Of a DNA stretch of 24,000 bases, positions 7,568 through 14,857 are shown piece by piece. The notes beneath the pieces were generated by a model. The model was given only the letters and a program-made list of their open reading frames with translations. It searched no databases and had not been told where the DNA came from. The DNA comes from Candidatus Saccharimonadota bacterium. Lineage in GTDB: Bacteria > Patescibacteriota > Saccharimonadia > Saccharimonadales > SLHW01. Position 1 is the stretch's first letter; the number at the start of each line of letters is the position of its first letter. The position numbers were made by a program, and so were the translations under genes. The DNA lies in assembly GCA_007135955.1 (NCBI GenBank), contig SLHW01000003.1, positions 27,198 to 51,197 of the forward strand, given 5' to 3'.

Positions 7568-8694
7568 GCAATGAAGTAGTATATTCTCCGGTGGATTTTG
7601 TAGCGGTATTCAATCAAACACTGGAATACGCTTATCCAACAGTGTTATTACAGGGCGAACTAGCTGATTATCGCGTCAGTAAAGGCAAATGGCTGTACTT
7701 TAAGATTAAGGATGAGCATGCGTCAGTTCATTGTTTTGGTACGGTGATGCAGCTTCGTCATGAACTGCGCGAGGGCATGATGGTGCAATTGCGAGCGCAC
7801 CCCCGATTGCATCCGTTGTATAACTTCAGTTTACAGGTGCAGTTTATTCAGCCAGTTGGCGAAGGTGACATTAAGAAGGCGGCTGATTTATTGCGTGAAA
7901 AGCTTAAAAAAGAGGGATTGTTTGACCCGTCAAAAAAGCGATCACTACCATACCCGCCTCGCTCGATTGGGTTGATTACATCTAATGAATCAGCGGCGTA
8001 TAGGGATTTTATCAAGGTTTTACAGGGTCGCTGGCCAGGCGTGGAGCTGCATCTATACAATGTGCAGGTCCAGGGTGAACTAGCTGTCGAGCAGGTGGTT
8101 CAAGCGCTTGATTACTTTAATCAGACGGATAGCCCACCCGAAGTATTAGTGCTCACTCGCGGTGGCGGTAGCGCGGAGGATCTAGAAGCATTTAACACTG
8201 AGCCTATCACCAGAGCAGTAGCAACCAGTAAAGTGCCAATAGTGGTCGCCGTTGGCCATGAGGTAGATGTTTGTTTAGCAGAACTGGCTGCCGATTTACG
8301 TGCGAGCACACCCAGCAATGCAGCAGAACTGCTAGCTCCAAGTAAACAAGACGCCCTTGTCCAGCTAGCTAATCTTGCCGATCGGGCCGACACGTATCTT
8401 GCAAGGACGCTACAGCAACAACAGGACCGCCTGAAAGATCAAGCTGCATCATTAGAGCGGTCGCTAGCAGTAAGCCTCAAGACAGAGCAACAGCGTCTAG
8501 CAAGCTATCGACAGCTACTGATTTTATTGCATCCCCGAAGTGCGCTGGATAGGGGCTACGCCATAGTCTGGACTGCTGACGGCTCAGTAGTTCGTGGCAG
8601 TAGTAATATTTCGATCAACGATATCGTCAGCATCGAAGTAGCTGATGCACATATTGACGCTCTGATACAATCAATAAGAAAGGACAACAAGTAA
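7564..8694 (+). CDS. xseA: exodeoxyribonuclease VII large subunit
   Basis: N-terminal OB-fold pattern (LLQGELADYRVSKGKWLYFKIKDEHASVHCFG), then GLITSNESAAYRDF, TRGGGSAEDLEAFN and VGHEVDVCLAELAADLRASTPSNAAE. The ATG overlaps the upstream stop (ATGA). Confidence 0.9.
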   Translation: MSNEVVYSPVDFVAVFNQTLEYAYPTVLLQGELADYRVSKGKWLYFKIKDEHASVHCFGTVMQLRHELREGMMVQLRAHPRLHPLYNFSLQVQFIQPVGEGDIKKAADLLREKLKKEGLFDPSKKRSLPYPPRSIGLITSNESAAYRDFIKVLQGRWPGVELHLYNVQVQGELAVEQVVQALDYFNQTDSPPEVLVLTRGGGSAEDLEAFNTEPITRAVATSKVPIVVAVGHEVDVCLAELAADLRASTPSNAAELLAPSKQDALVQLANLADRADTYLARTLQQQQDRLKDQAASLERSLAVSLKTEQQRLASYRQLLILLHPRSALDRGYAIVWTADGSVVRGSSNISINDIVSIEVADAHIDALIQSIRKDNK

Positions 8695-8699
8695 GCCGT

Positions 8700-8909
8700 A
8701 TGACCAAACAACCGATTGACTATAAGAAACTTCAAGCAGAACTAGAAAGCATAGTTGCCGAGCTGCAGTCTGGCGATTTAGCAATTGACGAAGCGATGAA
8801 GCGACACGACAAAGCTCAAAAGATTATTGAGCAGCTCGAACAGTTTCTCGAGCAGGCTGAGCAAAAGATTTCGAAGGTAGGCGATCTACGCTCCGGTAAA
8901 GGCAAATAA
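8700..8909 (+). CDS. xseB: exodeoxyribonuclease VII small subunit
   Basis: 69-aa helical protein directly after xseA. ELESIVAELQSGDLAIDEAMKRHDKAQKII matches the XseB pattern. Confidence 0.85.
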   Translation: MTKQPIDYKKLQAELESIVAELQSGDLAIDEAMKRHDKAQKIIEQLEQFLEQAEQKISKVGDLRSGKGK

Positions 8910-9406
8910 TGGCAACCGCAGTCGTGTTAGTCACTGCATTGATTATGTTGTTTGGGTTTGTGGTTATGGTCGGAGCGCCGTACGTACCAACCCTAAGGGT
9001 GCAATCAGTTACTGCACTAGACCTGCTAAACCTAAAGGCCGGGGATTCTTTGCTCGAGCTAGGCAGTGGTGATGGCCGGGTCGTAAAAGCTGCTGCTGAG
9101 CGAGGGATACAAGTTACCGGTATTGAGCTTAATCCGTTGTTGGTCTTGTGGAGCAAGCTAATTACTTGGCGCTACCGAGATATCGTTACTATTAAGTGGG
9201 GTAATATCTGGTCAACTAGACATTGGCCAGAAAAGACAGATGGCATTTACGTGTTTCTACTCGACAAATTTATGCAAAAGTTGGATAAAAAAGTTACTCA
9301 AACATACCCAAGTCAATCAATCAAGTTAGTGAGTTTTGCATTTGAGATCCCCAACAAAAAACCTAAGCAGGAGCGGGCGGGGCTTTATCTCTATCTCTAT
9401 CGGTAG
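8909..9406 (+). CDS. membrane-anchored class I SAM-dependent methyltransferase, FAM173/ATPSCKMT-like
   Basis: N-terminal TM helix, then GAPYVPT...LLELGSGDGRVVKAAAERGIQVTGIELNPLLV...W. By my recollection this is collinear with the PFVPAT...GSGDGRIV-AAA-G...ELNPWLV pattern of FAM173-family lysine methyltransferases. The start overlaps the xseB stop by 1 nt. Confidence 0.7.
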   Translation: MATAVVLVTALIMLFGFVVMVGAPYVPTLRVQSVTALDLLNLKAGDSLLELGSGDGRVVKAAAERGIQVTGIELNPLLVLWSKLITWRYRDIVTIKWGNIWSTRHWPEKTDGIYVFLLDKFMQKLDKKVTQTYPSQSIKLVSFAFEIPNKKPKQERAGLYLYLYR

Positions 9407-9424
9407 CAGGAAACTCTTTGCTTA

Positions 9425-9433
9425 TGCTATTAT
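9425..9433 (+). promoter_or_regulatory. extended -10 box 9 nt from ATG 9443 (leaderless-type)
   Basis: TGcTATTAT, then atatttcaa, then ATG. No SD in the gap. Confidence 0.4.
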
Positions 9434-9442
9434 ATATTTCAA

Positions 9443-10177
9443 ATGCCACCAAATAACCAGCAATTACCACCGCAGCCTCAAGGTCAGCCGTATCCGGCAC
9501 CACCACCAGACTATCAGTCAGCTTCACAGCAGGCGGGTAGCCATCGCAAGTTATGCCTTATTCTCTCGATTGTGTTTGGCCTGTTGTTTCTTGGTGCGGC
9601 TGGGTTCGGGGCGTGGGCCTTTTTAGAAAGAGGTGAGTACAAGAATGAAACCGATGCCATTGTAGCCAGAGAGGTGGAAGCTGCGGTAGCACAAAACACC
9701 GAAGAACTAGAAGCAAAGTTCTTAGAGCGAGAGAAAGAACCGCTTGTTACTTATAACGGCCCGGCTGCTTTTGGGTCGGTATCGATAGACTATCCAAAGA
9801 CTTGGTCGGCTTATATCGAAGAATCCGGCAGAGGGTCAACACCTATAGAAGGATATTTCCATCCGAATTTTGTGCCTGACCCATCAGATAACCTCATCGC
9901 TCTTAGCGTAGAAGTCGTTGATAGAGACTATTCCAGGGTATTGCAACCTTTTGAAAGTCTAGCTAGACGAGGACAAGTTACTATTTCGCCGATTGAAGCA
10001 GAAAACGTTGATGGTGTGCTCGGCACACGAATAGAGGGTGAGATAGAGCGTGATGTGCAAGGCATTGTGGTGATATTTGAGATACGTGATAAAACATTAG
10101 TCCTTAAAACTCAGTCAACTGAGTTTAAGAATGATTTTGACAACATCATTCTTGCTAACCTTCGATTTAACCCCTAG
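9443..10177 (+). CDS. single-pass membrane-anchored protein with P/Q-rich N-terminal tail and extracytoplasmic beta-rich domain
   Basis: 244 aa. Proline/glutamine-rich tail, one TM (LCLILSIVFGLLFLGAAGFGAWAF), then a domain opening with SIDYPKTWSAY (PsbP/DcrB-like YPxxW motif). Confidence 0.65.
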   Translation: MPPNNQQLPPQPQGQPYPAPPPDYQSASQQAGSHRKLCLILSIVFGLLFLGAAGFGAWAFLERGEYKNETDAIVAREVEAAVAQNTEELEAKFLEREKEPLVTYNGPAAFGSVSIDYPKTWSAYIEESGRGSTPIEGYFHPNFVPDPSDNLIALSVEVVDRDYSRVLQPFESLARRGQVTISPIEAENVDGVLGTRIEGEIERDVQGIVVIFEIRDKTLVLKTQSTEFKNDFDNIILANLRFNP

Positions 10178-10265
10178 TTTTTGCAGGAGGTAGGCATTAG
10201 TAGCATCCGCGTGTTCGGTGCGCTATACTGAGTAGTATAACGGGGGTAAAAATACAACTATCGTC

Positions 10266-10961
10266 ATGTCAATCGAGTACAAAAATGCATCAATGACGCA
10301 CCATGCCACCCATGAGCGCTCACTGGCACTACAACTGCAACAGGCGTTGCTACAAATTTCTCAGTATGCTCAAGGAGCGCAGGTTGACGCCCGGGCAATC
10401 GAAGTGACAGCCCGGCGAACTCTTGATTTAATTGATTGCTATCTTTTAGGGTCTCGTGGCCCAGATCAACTAAGGCTTCACCTCGAGCCAGTGTCGCTCG
10501 GCTCTATCGTCCAAGAAGCACTCCACCAGCTTACCCCGACTGCAGAGCAATATGACTGCCAGCTTTGGCTCAAGTCAACTGGTAGCCCCGCGCTTATCTA
10601 TACCGACAAAGAACTTGCCAAGATGGCGTTTGTTGGGCTTGGCCATAGCTTTATCGAAGAGGCAGCCAGCCAGAGCAAAGCTCGGCGAGTAGTCTTTGCA
10701 GTGAAGTCTCGTTTAGCAGGTCCTACGGCTGGTGTTTTTTCGCCAGGAATAGACGTCAAGGCTCGTTCACTAGAGCAACTCAGAAATTTGCAAGGGCAAG
10801 CCTCGCGGCAGAGTGGCAGTTTTAGTAGCACTGCGACCGGTGTAGTGCTGGCTGACGCTTTACTCAAGCGTATCGAGACGCAACTGTTTGCGACAAGCTT
10901 CCATCACATTAAAGGGTTCGCTGCAACATTTGATAAAAGCACCCAGCTTCAACTTGTCTGA
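10266..10961 (+). CDS. cytoplasmic histidine-kinase-like protein (DHp plus degenerate catalytic domain), probable pseudokinase
   Basis: H-box-like HATHERSLALQLQQALL near the N-terminus. CA-like region LEPVSLGSIVQEAL...IYTDKELAKMAFVGLGHSFIEEA has His where the N-box Asn is expected, and no clear DxGxG or GxGLGL boxes. No TM or sensor domain. Confidence 0.5.
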   Translation: MSIEYKNASMTHHATHERSLALQLQQALLQISQYAQGAQVDARAIEVTARRTLDLIDCYLLGSRGPDQLRLHLEPVSLGSIVQEALHQLTPTAEQYDCQLWLKSTGSPALIYTDKELAKMAFVGLGHSFIEEAASQSKARRVVFAVKSRLAGPTAGVFSPGIDVKARSLEQLRNLQGQASRQSGSFSSTATGVVLADALLKRIETQLFATSFHHIKGFAATFDKSTQLQLV

Positions 10962-10962
10962 T

Positions 10963-11337
10963 ATGCTACGGATTGTTCTCATAGAACCAAACACAGTACT
11001 TGCTCGGCAGTACTCTGAAGCTATTACTGACGAATTAAACGAAGTGGTGATTGCGCACTCAGCAGAGACCGCGCTAAGTGCGCTAGACGCTCCGACAGAT
11101 ATGATTGTGCTAGAGCTACAACTTGGTCCACATAATGGGCTCGAGTTGCTCTATGAAATCCGCAGTTATGAGGATTTAGCGGAAACGCCAGTAGTTATCT
11201 TGAGCAACGTTAGTTCCAGTTATGTAACCAATGCTAAGAGCTATGAGCTACTCGGTATTTCCGAATATTTATATAAGCCACAGACAACACTTCGTTCACT
11301 GAAACGCACAATAACTAGCTTGCTTGAGGACGATTAG
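10963..11337 (+). CDS. receiver-domain protein with Glu at the phospho-acceptor position (atypical or pseudo-receiver)
   Basis: MLRIVLIEPN... (acidic pair replaced by E-P), DMIVLELQLGPHNG (Asp to Glu at the acceptor position). ILSN and YLYKP (Ser and Lys) are retained. ATG 10963 is preferred over ORF-track start 10888, which overlaps the upstream gene. Confidence 0.7.
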   Translation: MLRIVLIEPNTVLARQYSEAITDELNEVVIAHSAETALSALDAPTDMIVLELQLGPHNGLELLYEIRSYEDLAETPVVILSNVSSSYVTNAKSYELLGISEYLYKPQTTLRSLKRTITSLLEDD

Positions 11338-11343
11338 GTAGTC

Positions 11344-12042
11344 ATGCAGCGCATTGTCACGACCGCGATTGTGCTTCGTCGAGTTGATTACGGTGAAGCA
11401 GATAGGATTGTTAATGTTTTGACGTATGATCAAGGGAAAGTAACCTTGTTTGCTAAAGCGGTCAGGAAACCAAAATCTAAGCTAGCTGGTGGTATTGAGC
11501 TGTTTAGCGTCAATGACGTTACCTTTATCCCAGGACGGAGCGATATGGCGACACTGGTATCGAGCCGTGTGCTTGAGAATTTTGGGCGCATTGTCCATGA
11601 CTATGATTCGACGATGACAGCTTATCGGCTGTTAAAGGCCGTTGATGCTATCACTGAGTCAACTGCCGGTGAGCAATATTTTATTTATTTGCGCGAAACG
11701 TTAGCAGGACTCAATGACGATGATTTGTCGCTTGATCAGGTCTTATTATGGTCCTCTACCAGGCTACTGGCGATAAGCGGCAATTTACCTAACTTGTTAA
11801 CTGACGTTAAAGGCAATCAGCTTAGTGAGCAAGCTAGCTATCTTTTTTCGTTAGAGAATATGAGCTTCAAAACAGATGGTAATGGAGTGTTTCGGGCTGA
11901 CACTATCAAGCTAATTCGCTACTGTGCTAGTACCGAGAGTCCATTGGCACTCAAACGTTTGCAGGCAGATGAATCATTGTATCAGCCAGCGCGCTTGTTA
12001 TTGCAACAAGTTGTTGCGGAATCACTATCTGTCGAGCTATAG
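11344..12042 (+). CDS. recO: DNA repair protein RecO
   Basis: AIVLRRVDYGEADRIVNVLTYDQGKVTLFAKAVRKPKSKLAGGIELFS is the typical RecO N-terminal OB-fold pattern. Length is 232 aa. Confidence 0.85.
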   Translation: MQRIVTTAIVLRRVDYGEADRIVNVLTYDQGKVTLFAKAVRKPKSKLAGGIELFSVNDVTFIPGRSDMATLVSSRVLENFGRIVHDYDSTMTAYRLLKAVDAITESTAGEQYFIYLRETLAGLNDDDLSLDQVLLWSSTRLLAISGNLPNLLTDVKGNQLSEQASYLFSLENMSFKTDGNGVFRADTIKLIRYCASTESPLALKRLQADESLYQPARLLLQQVVAESLSVEL

Positions 12043-12233
12043 CCACGCATTTTGCTCTGTTTCCGCCGCGCTATATCACACACTGACTGCTGCAAACTAT
12101 CACTCCTCGCTTAAGGTAAGGCTAGGCTTATGCTTACGCTCGGATTAAAAGTTTTCGCTCGCCTAAGGTACAATCCATCATCAGCGGGAAACTACAGAAT
12201 GCGTGATAACTAGAAATTCATCACATAAACAGA

Positions 12234-12239
12234 TATACT
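12234..12239 (+). promoter_or_regulatory. -10 box 9 nt from the glyQS ATG (leaderless-type)
   Basis: TATACT, then cccataagt, then ATG 12249. A weak -35 TAGAAA lies 17 nt upstream. No SD. Confidence 0.4.
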
Positions 12240-12248
12240 CCCATAAGT

Positions 12249-13607
12249 ATGAGTAAAGAAGTAGCACTTGAAGACATAGTAAGTTTGTGTAAGCGCCGAG
12301 GATTTATTTACCAAGGCTCTGAAGTATATGGCGGCTTAGCCGGTACATGGGATTATGGTCCGTTGGGTCTCAGCCTTAAGCGCAATATTATGAATCTTTG
12401 GTGGAAGACGTTTGTCGAAGAGCGCGATGATATGTATGGTGTCGACGCAGCTATTCTGATGAATCAGAGAGTCTGGCAGGCGAGTGGTCACGTTGATACT
12501 TTTCATGACCCTTTGATTGAAGATATTGAAACTAAGCGTCGTTACCGGCTAGATCACTTACTAGAAGATAATGGGGTAAATCCTGAGGGTATGTCGCTCG
12601 AGCAGATGGCTGAAGCGCTCAGAGAGAACAATATCAAAAGCCCTGACGGCAATCAGTTAGGTGAGCCACAGTTTTTCAATATGATGTTTGAAACTGCTGT
12701 TGGTCCAGTAAAAGACGAACACAGTAAAAGCTATCTACGGCCAGAAACAGCGCAGGGAATTTTTACCAATTTTAAAAACGTTGTTGATAGTTTTTATCCA
12801 GATGTGCCGTTTGGTGTCGCTCAGATGGGCAAGGCGTTTCGTAACGAGATATCGCCGCGTGATTTCGTTTTTCGCAGTCGTGAGTTCGAGCAAATGGAAA
12901 TCGAATATTTTATACATAAGGATGACTGGAGAAAAGAGTTTGAAAAATGGGTTGTCGACATAAAGGCTTTTCTCAGCGAGCTCGGGCTTCCGGAAGAAAG
13001 CGTTCACGAACACGAAGTTCCAGCGGAAGATCGGGCACACTACAGCGAACGCACTATCGACTTCATGTTTGATTATCCGCATAAGCGTGACGAGTTGCTT
13101 GGTCTTGCGTATCGAACTGATTTTGACCTAAAGAACATCGAGCGCGAGTCGGGTAAGAACATGGAATATATCACTAAGGGCGGGGGTGAGCGCTTCGTTC
13201 CGCATGTAATCGAGCCAAGCTTTGGTGTCGAGCGTGCAGTTATGGCAGTGCTTGTGAGCGCATATAACCAAGATGAAGTGAACGGTGAAAAGCGTATTTT
13301 CTTGAAGCTGCCGCAGCATCTTGCGCCAGTGAGGGTCGCTGTCAGTCCATTACTGAAGAACAAGCCAGAGCTAGTTAAGAAGGCTCGTGAAGTTTACGAC
13401 CTAGTAAAAAAAGAATTTAGTAATGTCATGTGGGACGACAACGGCAACATTGGCAAGAGATATCGTCGCCAAGACGAGATTGGTACTCCGTATTGTGTCG
13501 TGGTTGATTTTGATTCGCTTGAGGATGATTCTGTTACAGTTCGCGATAGAGATACCACAGAGCAAGTTCGCGTTAAGATTTCTGAGTTATCAGAAAAACT
13601 TAAATAA
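12249..13607 (+). CDS. glyQS: glycine--tRNA ligase (alpha2 homodimeric type)
   Basis: 452 aa. The N-terminus LCKRRGFIYQGSEVYGGLAGTWDYGPLGLSLKRNI and class II motifs (RPETAQGIF, FRNEISPR, EPSFGVERAV) are diagnostic. Confidence 0.95.
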   Translation: MSKEVALEDIVSLCKRRGFIYQGSEVYGGLAGTWDYGPLGLSLKRNIMNLWWKTFVEERDDMYGVDAAILMNQRVWQASGHVDTFHDPLIEDIETKRRYRLDHLLEDNGVNPEGMSLEQMAEALRENNIKSPDGNQLGEPQFFNMMFETAVGPVKDEHSKSYLRPETAQGIFTNFKNVVDSFYPDVPFGVAQMGKAFRNEISPRDFVFRSREFEQMEIEYFIHKDDWRKEFEKWVVDIKAFLSELGLPEESVHEHEVPAEDRAHYSERTIDFMFDYPHKRDELLGLAYRTDFDLKNIERESGKNMEYITKGGGERFVPHVIEPSFGVERAVMAVLVSAYNQDEVNGEKRIFLKLPQHLAPVRVAVSPLLKNKPELVKKAREVYDLVKKEFSNVMWDDNGNIGKRYRRQDEIGTPYCVVVDFDSLEDDSVTVRDRDTTEQVRVKISELSEKLK

Positions 13608-13610
13608 ACA

Positions 13611-13627
13611 ACCTGCCCAAGGCAGGT
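13611..13627 (-). terminator. intrinsic terminator oriented for the - strand (possibly bidirectional), overlapping the glyQS stop region
   Basis: ACCTGCC (13611-13617), loop CAA, GGCAGGT (13621-13627). On the - strand it is followed by UGUUUAUUUAAGUUUUU. On the + strand the downstream flank is not U-rich. Confidence 0.45.
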
Positions 13628-13684
13628 AGTAAATAGGAAGAGTTTCGCTCTTGCAGAGCAGCGTACTTTTGCCAGTCGTAGTAT

Positions 13685-13840
13685 TTATTGTTCCTTGTCA
13701 TCGAGTATTTTTCGGAACGTATCTGACAGCTCATCAAGGCCATCACCAAATTCAAGCGCGAGTGCGTCTACTTGACTGCGCTATTCGATCTTTTCTTCAG
13801 TTAGCGATTTTTGCAAGTGTCGTTCAGCAATAAGCTGCAT
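13685..13840 (-). pseudogene. possible decayed small ORF (52 codons) with an in-frame TAG
   Basis: The - strand reads MQLIAERHLQKSLTEEKIE*RSQVDALALEFGDGLDELSDTFRKILDDKEQ*. The internal TAG is at 13783..13781. I recognise no family. Confidence 0.2.
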
Positions 13841-13919
13841 CAGTGGTCAGTTATCGATGGCAGTGCTAGTATTGAGTCGTTTATCGCCTCAGTTAAATTG
13901 TAGAAAATATAGTATATCG

Positions 13920-13928
13920 TGGTAAATT
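13920..13928 (+). promoter_or_regulatory. extended -10 box 8 nt from ATG 13937 (leaderless-type)
   Basis: TGgTAAATT, then aatactgg, then ATG. No SD. Confidence 0.4.
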
Positions 13929-13936
13929 AATACTGG

Positions 13937-14212
13937 ATGTATTCATTTGTCGTTACACTATTAGGGTTAGTAATTTTTATCTACATGTTCGATGTGCTGC
14001 GCAAACGATCATCGGTGCGCGCTAAACGCATTGGTCTGGCTTCTTGGCTCGCAGCAGGTGCTCTAGTGACCTTGTATGCGTTGCTGAGTTTTTCTGCATG
14101 GGATGGGGGCGCAGGTTTTATGATTTTCTTTTTGATGGGATTGTTTTTTTGGGTGATTCCGACGGGTGGATTGCTTTACTTAGATTTTAAGCAAAACCAT
14201 AAAAATAGATAA
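13937..14212 (+). CDS. small integral membrane protein, 91 aa
   Basis: Three hydrophobic segments (VVTLLGLVIFIYMF, LASWLAAGALVTLYALLSF, FMIFFLMGLFFWVIPTGGLLY). I recognise no family. Confidence 0.55.
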   Translation: MYSFVVTLLGLVIFIYMFDVLRKRSSVRAKRIGLASWLAAGALVTLYALLSFSAWDGGAGFMIFFLMGLFFWVIPTGGLLYLDFKQNHKNR

Positions 14213-14244
14213 AGGCTAAGCAGTAAATACATTTTTTTTATCTC

Positions 14245-14823
14245 ATGGAACAACCTGGATACCGATTCAAAACAATAGAGCTTGATATTGCGATCCAATA
14301 TGGCTTGCCGAGTAGTGAATTATTAGCTGAACACAAAGCAGCAGGAGTTAAGCTCGTTGTATCCGATATCGATGCTACCTTGACCAATAGTCATGCGGGT
14401 GAATTGAGCCCACAAGCAAAACATTTTGCCGATACTATTGAGCAAAATGATTTACAGCTTATACTCGTTACAAACAATAACAACACCGATTTCGTTTATT
14501 CGATAGCAGAAGACTTATCAGTTCCTGAAGAACGAGTGTTTAGACCAAGCAGTGTATTTGAGCATAAGCCAACGCCTATTATGGTTCGTCGAGCCATGCA
14601 TTCACTTGATGTATCTCCTGAGAAAACGTTTGCAGTAGGCGACGGTGGGACTGACGTAATTTCTTTTTTGGCATCAGGTATACGAAAGGCCTCAGTCTGC
14701 CTCAACTCTCCTAATGCAGCCAATGGCTATCCTTTTCGGCGATACGTAAGATCAGCTGAATATAAAATAGGAAAACAAGCAGTATTATTAGGATTAAGAA
14801 TCGGCTTAATAACAAGATTTTAG
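14245..14823 (+). CDS. HAD-superfamily phosphatase (YqeG / HAD-IIIA-like)
   Basis: Motif I VVSDIDATLT (DxDxT), LILVTNNN (motif II-like Thr), K in EHKPTP, and motif IV GDGGTDV. Confidence 0.75.
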   Translation: MEQPGYRFKTIELDIAIQYGLPSSELLAEHKAAGVKLVVSDIDATLTNSHAGELSPQAKHFADTIEQNDLQLILVTNNNNTDFVYSIAEDLSVPEERVFRPSSVFEHKPTPIMVRRAMHSLDVSPEKTFAVGDGGTDVISFLASGIRKASVCLNSPNAANGYPFRRYVRSAEYKIGKQAVLLGLRIGLITRF

Positions 14824-14857
14824 TTGAGCTGAAGTTTATTTTAGGCTATGTGAATAA

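Noticed and set aside
10888-10962. Longer start (10888) for the atypical receiver gene
   Set aside because: It overlaps the 3' end of the kinase-like gene by 74 nt. ATG 10963 lies 2 nt after that gene's stop and begins exactly at the receiver beta-1 strand.
11924-12148. 74-aa ORF spanning the recO 3' end and the spacer
   Set aside because: It overlaps recO out of frame and has a Cys/His/Ser-rich composition unlike neighbouring proteins. It is likely spurious.
12043-12248. T-box riboswitch upstream of glyQS
   Set aside because: I could not find the conserved T-box sequence (AGGGUGGNACCGCG-like), a GGC specifier context with AGAGA/GA motifs, or a terminator/antiterminator pair. In addition, a -10 box sits right at the ATG.
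13651-13833. 60-aa + strand ORF in the glyQS downstream gap
   Set aside because: It has a TTG start, no SD or -10 box, and an odd composition. It lies antisense to the more protein-like (though broken) - strand frame.
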